The notes under the pieces: generated by a model | Told to the model about the DNA's origin: nothing | Databases searched by the model: none | The model's input: only the letters and a program-made list of their open reading frames with translations | Translations under genes and position numbers: made by a program | DNA from: Sphagnum compactum | Lineage: Eukaryota | DNA: 64,000 nt | Reading direction: 5' to 3' | Assembly: GCA_965153455.1 (NCBI GenBank) | Contig: OZ234493.1 | Span: 62,001-126,000 of the forward strand | In this document: positions 1 to 10,591 of the stretch, in pieces | Position numbering within the stretch: position 1 is the stretch's first letter | How the letters are laid out: each line of letters begins with the position of its first letter

Positions 1-1906
1 TAGTAATAATAAATAATAAAAATAATGAAAAATTATCCCAAGAAATAATTTTTTAATATCTAATTAATTAATGAAATAAAAAATTAAATCACTTCTGTTT
101 TTAATATATCTGATTATTTGGCAATTACTTCTAAAATAATAAATTTCTACTCATCCAATTACTAAAATATAAATATTAATTTTACCTCTAAAAATAAACC
201 TTTTAAATTGTTAGTAGGTGTATTAGTTAAGATCTTCACCATTAATTAGTAGTAATAGTAAATGGCGACTTTCTTGGTGGATTATTAAATCTTTTTTGGA
301 ATCTTGCTTAGTTTTAGCAACCTACAAAAACACATTGTTTATATCTAGCGACTTCTGAGTTTTTTTGGTTAGATATGGCAAATTGCTTTTAAAAATCTCA
401 AAAATCCATTTGTTCGATTCATTAGCGTTTTTAGTGTGGCTAGGTTGCGAAAATTCACCAAAAAAAAGCACTACTAATGATCAACTAATTAAATAAAAGA
501 TAATTAGTTATTATCTAATGATCTAACAAAATAAATTATTAATTAATTTATAATTCTTGAATATTAACTGTAAACTATTAAATTTCTAGTTTATTAACTT
601 AATTAGTAGATATTAAATCAGTTTTCATAGAGCATTAATATTGATTGATTAATATTAATTAGCTATGAACCATAATTCTTGAATAATAAATATTAACTCT
701 CACATATTTTGATAAATATTAATGAAATAATAAATAAATTACTTCTTTATATTGTATAAATATTAACTAATTAAAAAGTTAAGTATTAGACAAAACTAAT
801 ATATTATGAATTTTATTTATTTATTAAGTAAAAATTAAATCATTTTTAATTCATCATTAAATAGTAAGTAGACAATTTAATTTGTGAAGAATTTATTTTC
901 TGTTATCCATTGCCTGGCTAAATATTTACTAATTAGTAATCATTAAATATTAACCATAACTCTTGATTAACTACCTAAATCAGATTATTGAGATATTTTA
1001 GAACTAATCATGTAATTCGAAATTAATTAATAAGGAATAATCAGATAATTATTATCTGAATAATTTTTTAGAATAACTATTTATTTCATAGTATTCAAAT
1101 ATTTAATAATTTTCATTAAATTATTCAGAAATCATGGATTAATAAATATTAAATATAAATTATGTATTTATAAACCTCTTGACTTGTTGATAGAAAGAAA
1201 GTAATTCTTTATTAACGAACTATTATTTCATATCTCTTAATTAATCAATTAATTAATATGAATAATTCATGACTAATGATTAATTATTGTATCAATTTAT
1301 AATTTAATATCTAATTAATCAAAAATTATTTCTTAAATAACTAATAAATAATAACTGATTATTTTGTTTTAAATGGTTGTTATTTTAAGTGTAATTGAAT
1401 GATGAAATAAAATTATTTAACTCATACTTTATATTAACCAATAAATTGTTTGAAAATAATAATTGTCAAATAATTAATGCTCATTTAATACAAATCTTAT
1501 ATCATATGAATGTAACCTTGCTATAATATTTAGTCATACCTTATAAAGATGGTTTATTTTAAATGAACCCCATACAAAATCAAAATGATTTTTTTCAATC
1601 CAATATGCCGATAATATGGTCAAATATATGTTTAATATATTTTGAACACATATTAAATATCTTCATATACCATGAATACAAGTCAAATATGCTTAATATA
1701 CCTTGAATAAAATTTATATAATGTACTTTTAATGTACTCCACAAAACTTTAATGTACATTAATAAATGTGTAAACACATAATAATAAGTAATTAAATTGC
1801 AACTAATTTTGTAACTAAATGAACATGGGATCCTATTCTTGGATGAAAAAATCATTAAGTTAATCAATATGGAAGAATGTGTAATTTAATAGTCTCACCA
1901 TAGGCG

Positions 1907-2109
1907 CAACTTGAAGGATTGTGCGGAGGAGTATGTGAAGACTTGTTTAACTTGTCAACAAAACCAGACCCTCAACAAGAAGCAAGCGGGTTTGTTACAA
2001 CCTTTGCCGATTCCCGAAGGGCCGTGCGAAAGTGTGTCAATGGACTTTATGATAAGTTTGCCCCCTTCAAAGGGGTTTGATGCCATCATGGTTGTGGTGG
2101 ATCGATTTT
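1907..2109 (+). pseudogene. Fragment of chromovirus pol (integrase zinc-finger end and start of core)
   Basis: Translates KDCAEEYVKTCLTCQQ...SVSMDFMISLPPSKGFDAIMVVVDRF. Near-identical to 18880-19081 of element A. Confidence 0.9.
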
Positions 2110-2686
2110 CATTTGTGGCGTTCACAAGGTCACGGAGTTTGCACCGAGAGATGTAGTCGGAATTCCTTGGAACAAATTTCGACTCGAGGCATTATTTGAA
2201 GAATTCCCAAGTATACCCATGGTTCTTCCCCTCCTCTTGTCTCACCGTCCCCCACCATGTGGTGGCATAGCCTTTCAAGTAGGACTAGGCAAGCTCCACG
2301 GCGGAATGCCGTCCAACCTTGGCGGCATGTATATAATCGTCCATCTCCGCAAGCCAAGCATCCACAACCTTCTGGTCTCAGGCACCATCGTAATTCCCGG
2401 GCTTGGCCGGTTGAAACCTTTCACCTTTGGAGGTCCCCGTTTTGAGGGCTGCCACCAACTCACCAAAGTCCGGCCTATTCATCTTGAGGAGGACTTCAAG
2501 TTGCTCCAGGGTGAATAGGACCGAGCTCCGTTGTTCCTCCTCACTTTCGGGTTCAACCTCGGGCTCATCTTGGTCCTCCCGGAAATTTGGTTCCTCCCCA
2601 ATTGATTCCGGCGGGGCTACTAGGTCTTCGACGGGCTCCTCGGACCTAAGCTCTGGAGCTAGCTTCCGATTCTTCTTGGGTGCCAT
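2110..2686 (-). pseudogene. gag: Truncated gag of copy C
   Basis: ORF 2378-2686 matches the gag N-terminus of element A. Stop at 2378, homology continues to ~2110. Confidence 0.88.
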
Positions 2687-2722
2687 CCCAAACTCCCAAG
2701 AAGTACTTGAGCTTCACCTTGA

Positions 2723-2734
2723 GCTCTGATACCA
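2723..2734 (-). promoter_or_regulatory. Primer-binding site (tRNA-iMet) of copy C
   Basis: TGGTATCAGAGC on the minus strand, 2 nt after the LTR end. Confidence 0.92.
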
Positions 2735-2736
2735 CA

Positions 2737-3555
2737 TGACGCGCTCCTAAGTCCCTTGTTGAACCCACTTGAGGGTTCAACTATGTAGAGTTGCGGAAAG
2801 TTGGGACTTGGGGCCGTTCCCGACTTCCAGCACTAGAAAGGGTAAAGGGGCATGCTAGAAGTCCCGTGATTAGACTGGGAAGAGGACAAGTGTTTCACCT
2901 ACTCAAATCTGCATAAAAAACCAACCCAAGTTGGTTAGAATCCATTCTGCACCCTTTTGGTGTTGGGACAAGCCACGGGCTAACTTGGACTCACTTGACT
3001 CACCACGGCCTGGACTCGGGGGAAGCCACCACCTTCCCCCTTATAGTATTCTTTGCGTCTCACCGCGGAGGCTACATCTGAATGGCTCTTTTTCCCGGGA
3101 CTCCCAAGTTGGAGTCCCGAAACTGTCCTGGGTTGAAGTCCCAAAACTTTGGGAGCTCGTAGCTCCCAGCTCCAAACTCTAATTGGAGTGATCCTTGAAC
3201 CAAAGTTGTAGCCCTTGTCGAGAGCTTTCCAACGCCATGTCGCACTTTTTCTGCAAACGTCCGCAAGAAGTCGATTCCCGACTTTTAGTGGTCGGGAGTC
3301 AAACTGCCAATTTGACTCCCGGCCCTTCTTTTGCCCGTAACTTGGGCTGCAGATGTCCAAATGACCAATGCGAGGGCATTTTAGACATCTACACTTCAAG
3401 ACCTTTCCATTGATATAAAAAACACCTCGAGGCGAGGTGTTTTGACCCCTATAATCTCTCCTGAGTTTTTGAGAGTCCCAGAGGACTCTAAGTCTCGCAC
3501 TTTTTGGAGTGTGAGGTGCACTCTCACCCTTTTGCCTCAAAGTGGGGTTGTCACA
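2737..3555 (-). repeat. 5' LTR of copy C (~819 bp)
   Basis: TG...CA ends. Homologous to LTRs at 14475-14974, 20881-21691 and 21692-22450. Confidence 0.9.
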
Positions 3556-5002
3556 CCCACGCATTCTCTTTCCCAAGCTTTTCCTAACATAAAGTGGATG
3601 GTTGGACCACTCACACAAGGCAATTCATGTGCCTTGACTCGTACAATCCCACTTTTAGATGGGATTCTAACTAACCTATTGTGCCCTTCTATGAACACAT
3701 TGTTTTGGGTGATGAACTCCATTCCCAAAACGCAATCCATTCCACCCAAGGTGGAAACTAACAAATCCACCTTTCCTTTCCAATTTCCCAATTGGAGAGG
3801 CACTCCCTTTGCTTGTAAAGTGGTTGGATGGGGAACCCCATCCGCGAAGTGCACCTCAATGGGTGCCTTGAGCTCCTCCAAGTGGAGCTCCATCCTTTCG
3901 GTGCTCTCCCGAGTTATGAAGTTATGAGAAGCCCCTGTGTCCAAAAGACATAAAATATCCCGCTTAGCGATCTTCCCTTTCAAGAAGATAAGTCAATTGC
4001 ATTCCGGTTGGGCTAGAGTGGCATTGAGAGCAAGTACCTTAGAGCTCCCACTCCCCGGTTTGGACTTGGGACAATCTTTGGAGTAATGCCCCACCTAGTT
4101 GCAATTGAAACATGCACCCTTGGGTTTTGCTCCAAATTCTCCCTTGGTTTGGTTCCCTTTGAAAGGAGCCCCCTTCTTCACAAAGCTCCCTTTGGGTTTG
4201 AACCCCAAGCCTTGGAATTGTTTGGGCTTTTCCTTGGTTGGGCTACCTTGCCCCAATTCCATTCCCCCTCATGCCTTGGTTTCTTGTGAAGGAACTTGTT
4301 GTCCTTATTGAACCCGGATTTGTCGCTCCGCCCTACATCCGAGAAGTTCTCCACTTTCGTGATGGCCTCGGATAGTGAGGTGGGCCAACTCTCCTCAAGC
4401 TTTCGCTTGGCCCAAGTTGGAAGCCCCATCACAAATTGGCACACACGATCCAACTCGTGCATGTGCCGGATCTCAAGCATGAGCTCGGAATAGGCCCTCA
4501 CATATTGCCTCAAATTTTCATTTGTGGCATTCACAAGGTCACGGAGTTTGCACCGAGAGATGTAGTCGGAATTCCTTGGAACAAATTCCGACTCGAGGCA
4601 TTCCTTGAAGAACTCCCAAATATACCCATGGTTCTTCCCCTCCTCTTGTCTCACCGTCCGCCACCATGTGGCGGAATAGCCTTTCAAGTAGGACTGGGCA
4701 AGCTCCACGGCGGAATGCCGTCCAACCTTGGCGGCATGTATATAATCGTCCATCTCCGCAAGCCAAGCATCCACAACCTTCTGGTCTCGGGCACCATCGC
4801 AATTCCCGGGCTTGGCCAGTTGAAACCTTTCACCTTTGGAGGTCCCCGTTTTGAGGGCCGCCACCAACTCACCAAAGTCTGGCCTATTCATCTTGAGGAA
4901 GACTTCAAGTTGCTTTGGGGTGAATAGGACCGAGCTCCGTTGTTCCTCCTCACTTTCGGGTTCAACCTCAGGCTCATCTTGGTCCTCCCGGAAATTTGGT
5001 TC
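3556..5002 (-). pseudogene. gag C-terminal part and aspartic protease of copy B (frameshifted)
   Basis: ORFs 4178-4891 (retrotransposon gag) and 3537-3983 (DTGA protease) are colinear with element A. Confidence 0.9.
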
Positions 5003-5246
5003 TGTCGTGACGTGTAGTGTCGTGACATATAGTGTCGTAAGGGTGTGAATCTGTAAGAAACTCTACTAAACAAACAGCCTAAAACCAATTAAAGGTAGAA
5101 ACTAATCAACTAAAAAGAGATGCATGCACACACATATATATACAATGCACAAGTGAGGCTGAGATGAAATTCTCATGTATCCCCCCCAGACCTGAGCCGG
5201 GAAAAGCGTGGCATGGTCTGAGTAGGAATCAAGGTGCTGTAGGAGA

Positions 5247-5381
5247 GCATGATGAACAGTACCAATTGCCGGCGGGAACTTGAGTGAGTTCCGGCTTGAG
5301 GCAGAAGAGATGGTATCCACCATTACAATTATCGCAAAGCAACATCTGATCAGCATCGTCTATCCTCTAACATACCTAACA
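5247..5381 (-). other. PHD finger (C4HC3) at the integrase C-terminus
   Basis: Manual in-frame translation C*VC*RIDDADQMLLCDNCNGGYHLFCLKPELTQVPAGNWYCSSC. The two TAG stops hide it from the ORF track. Confidence 0.9.
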
Positions 5382-8300
5382 TGGATAATCAAGTGGAGGA
5401 ATCCAAGTCGACGTGATGATGGTAGGATCTAAGTTTGGCAAGTGGCAAAGCGCACAATTTTTGGAATGATCTCGAATTGTGCGTCCATCAGCTCCTTGCA
5501 ACTCCAACACACCTGAAGGCCTGATCGCCTTAATCCTCAAGATAATGCGACCGGAAGAAGTGTCTAAAGTATCATTGGGTTGTCGCTGAAGATACACAAA
5601 ATCACAAACATCAAATTGTCTCACCTTAGGTTTCTAACTGCCACCTCGTGTGTGTGCATATCGTAAAGTGTCTCGATGTTGTGCAATGGACAGGTTCTCC
5701 ATGGCCATGGGCATAACCCTCTTGAATAGAGCGGCCCTTTCTGCAATGACCTTAGCCCAAATGTTTGGGGAGTCCAAGTCCACAACTTAGTCCATTTGAG
5801 CAGCAATGGAAGAGGGTGGAATGGGATGTCTCCCAAAAAGTAAAAAGTAAGGGGAGAAATGAAATAAAGAGGCGTGTTTGGACATCCTGTAACCCATGGC
5901 GATGTAAGGGAGGGCCAGGTCCTAATCCTCTTTGTTCTTAGTGAGGCAAATCTTCCGAAGTCCCTTCTTGCATGTTTGAACCATCCTTTCTGCAAGGCCA
6001 TCAGCTTGGGGATGATCTCTTGAAGTCCGACGATGGTCAATGAGAGCATGGTCAAGTAGGTCTTGGAATTCTCCCCTGAATTCTGATCCTTGATCAGTAA
6101 GGCACTCAACACAAGCCCCAAACCTACTTAGAACCTGTTGTAAGAAAGCCTGGCTAGTGCTGTGTGATGACTTGTCCGATAGCGCAACAAGTTCGACCCA
6201 CTTTGAAAAATGTTCAATCATAATCATGATGTAGACATTACCCCTGGAGGTTTGTGGTAATTCTCCAGCTAAATCACATGACCAACGATAGAACATGCCC
6301 TGAATAGGTAGTGGAGAAAGAGTGAGCTGTCGAGAGGAGAAGGAAGTTCTCACTCTATCACATTGTTCACACCTAGCAATGATGTCTCGGACTTGAGCAT
6401 ACATACCTCTCCAATGGTAATGAGGAGCGAGAAGGCTATAAGTACGCTTAACTCCAAAGTGTCCAAGCTCCGAGTGTACCTTCTGAATAAGACCAAGCCG
6501 TTCATGTGGTGGTGGAACCACTCTGTCGCCTTGTGGTAAGCATCGGACGAGGTGATTGTCCCTCCATGAGTAGCGTTTGGATCGCTGTTGTATGCGATCC
6601 CGCTGACTTGATGTAACTTGGGGAGGGTATTCCCCATGTTGAAGAAACCCCAGAGTGTCCAAGTCCTCCCATATATCCAGAATGGGATGCTCAACCAGGT
6701 TACATTGTAGTAATGCAAGATAACTAGATGCCTCAGATACATGTATTGCTGGGATTTGGTCAAAATCTTGCCTGGCTTCTGAAAAATCTTCAGAGGTAGT
6801 GAGGGGTCTTCGTGACATGGTATCCGCATTTTGATGTGTAATACCAAGTCGGTGAATAACCTTGAACTCATACTCTTGAAGTATAAGCGCCCAACGAGCT
6901 AACTTACCAGTAAGCTTATCGTTGGTCATCAACCATTTGATAAGCTGGTGGTCCGTATACAGAGTGAAATTGGTGCCATAAATAAAGGGCCTGAAATGTA
7001 TGACGGCCCATACAACAGCAAGGCACTCCCCCTCGTATGAAGAGTAGTTGCTCTCAGCCTTGTTGTTGCTTCGAGATGCATAGGCGATAACATATTCCTT
7101 GCCTTCCTCATCAAGTTCGCCCAGAATAGCTCCAATACCAAGAGCACTCCAGTCAGTGTGTAGAATGAAGACCTTGCTGAAATCAGGTCTTCTTAGAATG
7201 GGGAACTCTGAAAGCTTTTCCTTGAGTGTGTTGAAAGCTTCCTGAGCCTCTTCACTCCATGTCCAAGCAACATCCTTCTTTAACAATGCATAGAGAGGAT
7301 GAGCAATAGTATTGAAGTCTTGGACATAAATCCTGTAGTAATTACATAGTCCGATGAAGCTCCTCAAAGTGTGAACATCAGTAGGATCGGGCATCTCCAA
7401 AATGGCTACTACTTTGGCCCAATGAGCCATAATACCATTTGGCAAAATTCTGTGTCCAAGGTAGACTACTGAGGTGACAGCAAACTCACACTTTTTAGGA
7501 TGGATCTTCATATTGACTTCGTGGAGCCTCTTGAATAACTCCTCAAGATGAGCCAAGTGCTGCAGGAGTCCCTTGCTATGCACTAGGACATCATCTATGT
7601 AGCATTTCAGGAAATCTGCCCCTTCGAGAACCTGGTCCATGACTCGCTAAAAGAAGACAGGTGCATTCTTCAATCCAAAAGGCATCACAAGCCATTCCCA
7701 CAACTTGTTGCTTCCATGGAATGTCGTTTTCTTGCGATCCTTTGCAACGAGCACAATCTGGTTGAAGCCTTGCCTCAGATCCACAATTGTGAAGATGTTT
7801 GAGTCTCCAATGCTATCAAACAGTTCTTCAGGGATGGGCATGGGGTACCTGTCCTGAGGTGTAACCAGGTTCAAAGGCCTATAATCCCCGCACATCCTTT
7901 TCTCAATCCATAATCCAGCTGCATCCTTCTTTGCTGGCATTACTATAGCGGCTGCGAAATCAGAACTTGATGGCTGAATGAGACCGGCCTCATGGAGCTC
8001 TTTGCATCTTTCATCTACCAATTCCCATACATGTTTGCTCAACCTATGCCTCCTTCGATAGACCGGTGTCTCATCTGTAAGGTCTATAGAGAACTGCATG
8101 GTCTTACACCTACCTAAGTCTTTCATTGAGAATGCGAACACATTCTCATACTTAATTAGCAAGTCTGTGACCTGGTCTCTCTCCTTCTTGGTGAGCTGGT
8201 TCCCCATAACAAAAGGGTAGTTGGAAACACATGGAATGGAGTTGGAAAGTGTGTTTGAAGAACCTGGTGTATTGGGTTCTCCATTATCCAACTGCGTAGA

Positions 8301-8534
8301 TTCGTAGAAGGTTGTAATTGTTTCTCCAGAAGCTGATGTACCTCGAGGTGTATTGGACATAACTTGAGTCAAATTACATGGTACCTCCTCCCCCCCAACA
8401 CTGAGAGTGAAATGTAGAGTGTTGAAGATAGGCAAGTATACTTGGTCAGGGTGCCATGTGGTTGCATCGCCAGAACTGCAAGCTGATTGAGTCAATGTTG
8501 GTGTTGTGTACATTTGAAAGAGTATACAGGTTAC

Positions 8535-9473
8535 CAACAACCATGTAAGGGAGTTCAGGTCCATGCTTCTCCCCAGTAAAGCGTTATGCTCCAATCTAGT
8601 CACCTTGGTGTGACTAGTAGTGCTAGTTTGGAACCCCATAGCCCTTTCTCTTTCTTCTGGGCTTGGTTCATCCCAAGTGGCTGAAGCATGACGATACACC
8701 AAGCCTGGTCCATCTCCCTGAAAGGCGTGTGCTCCAGGGAAGGAGACAAAGGTGGGCCAAGCACCTCTTGGTTTTCCTATTGTATTCGCAAGAAACCAAG
8801 GAGGTTTCTCTTGCCTTGTAACTAGTCGGCAAGAGCTCTGATCATCCAATATGTGAGAAACCTGTAGGTTGTGGTCTCTGATGGTGTATCTCAGAGCCAA
8901 CTGCAGAATTGAAAGTGGTGCAAGGTTGGTCCACCAGTTGCGCAGCCGGTGCGCATAGGAACCGCATTGTGCCGCATCGAGTAGGAATGGCTCGCCAAGG
9001 TAATGTTTAACAAGTGTGTAGTGCTCCTGGACTTTCTCCCTCTGGTCAAGCTGAGAAGGGATGTTCTCAATTACATAACCAAGCGTAGGGGAAATGGATT
9101 GAGCCCAGGTGATCAATCGTACCATGTCCGTGAAGAGACCGGATCTTGTGTCACTCAAGCCTTCTCCAAATCCAGCTGCTGAAAATCCTTGACACTCCCA
9201 ACCTGAAATGATGAGGTCCACGGGGCCAAGTAATTCCATATGCTTATTCTGAATTAATTGTATGTCAGGGGGCAAGAAAGTGAAACTGGCCTTCCATGCG
9301 GTGGTTGTAAACTGTTGTGGAAATCTGGTTGTGAGCTCCATCATTCTCGATGCTGCCACTTGCCTTGCAATAGGATCAATGTCTACGTAGAAATACTTTC
9401 GAACCACCATCCCTGACTATAGTAGGGCTTCGAGACCTATACCAATACCACCAAAGAGCTCTAGTAATGTAAT
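8535..9473 (-). other. DNMT3-like DNA (cytosine-5) methyltransferase domain within Pol
   Basis: Ordered C5-MTase motifs: I LELFGGIG, II VDID, IV DLIISGWECQGFS (Cys at 9192-9194), VI YVIENI, VIII AHRLRNWWTNL, IX ERERAMGF, X LLGRSM. Confidence 0.92.
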
Positions 9474-10591
9474 CCCTTCCTTAGGTGGTGTCCAGGTGAT
9501 TAGCTGACGGAGTAATGGCTTAATCGGTTCGCCATGGCTCTCCATGCTTTCAAAACTAGACAAAGCTTTGACCAAGGGCTTATGGGCTACTTTGAACCTT
9601 TGTAAAACCTCTGGTCCATGTTGAATGTCAGTAGGAACCACCCTCAAGCTTTCAGTAGCTTGAGCGTAAGCTATCTCCTCTTCATCTCCCTCTATCCATT
9701 CGTGGCTAGGTTGTTGGATGTAGGAAATGGTGTGTGCTTCCTTGAGCATACAATGGTGAGCCATAGGACTATGGTTCCCATGTAAATCAAGGGGTATGTA
9801 TCCCAGGTGGTGGCCATCAGTCTCCCAATCCACTCGGTAGTACGCATGTTCGAACCAGTTGTCAATTGTGAAACCTGGTGGAAACAGGGCCTCTTGCCCA
9901 ATGAGCACATCATAACTAGTGGCATTGGTGACTAAACATCTGACCTGTAGGCAAAGCTCCTGATTTGTACCTTCATTGAAATTAAGTGCAATCAAATCCG
10001 AGCTCTCCCCAAGTACCTCCTCTACGCTCCCACTAGCGATGCGAATGTGCCACATAGATTTTCGTAGTTTGGAGTCAAGCATGCCCATCTTCTTGGCGAA
10101 TTGAACTCCAAGAATCACTGGTTGGGCACCTGTATCAAGAAGAACCACTCTGGGTGTATGTCCTCCCACCTGGATTGCTGACTTAGTATTGTCGACAATG
10201 GCAACTCCGGTGGCGATGGAAGTTCTCTCACTAGGCACCACCTTCGGAAATGAGTGAGAGACTTTGTGGAGAGAATGGCTATCCACAACGCCTTTGCTGA
10301 GTAACAAATCCACAAGTGAGGTGTTCTTAACTCCCTTTTGATATGTGAATGTAGAATCAGAGGTAGGAAAGCTCACTAGTTTAGCCATGCCAGAACTAGT
10401 GACCAGATTACAAACGCCATCTGCAACACGTGAACCAATCGAATGTCTCTCCAAGGTGTTGGATGGGACCTCTGTAGCATGTGGATTAGGGAGTGGTAGA
10501 GGACCTGATGTAGTGTTCAAGGTATCCTCTAAGATTGCAATTATGTCCCTGGTGCTTAGCTTCAAATCTTGAAAACTAAACAATGGTGTAC

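Larger units (their letters stand above)
2110..3555 (-). mobile_element. Chromovirus copy C, 3'-truncated (5' LTR + PBS + partial gag), inserted into pol of copy B
   Basis: LTR 3555->2737 (TGTGACA...GCGTCA), PBS, then gag MAPKKNRKL from 2686 breaking off at ~2110. The LTR starts abruptly after ...KAWERECVG of copy B. Confidence 0.88.

Noticed and set aside
2980-3618. 212-aa minus-strand ORF and similar ORFs within LTRs (15075-15424, 21153-21544, 21926-22254)
   Set aside because: They lie inside LTRs, cross insertion junctions and are not kept open between copies.
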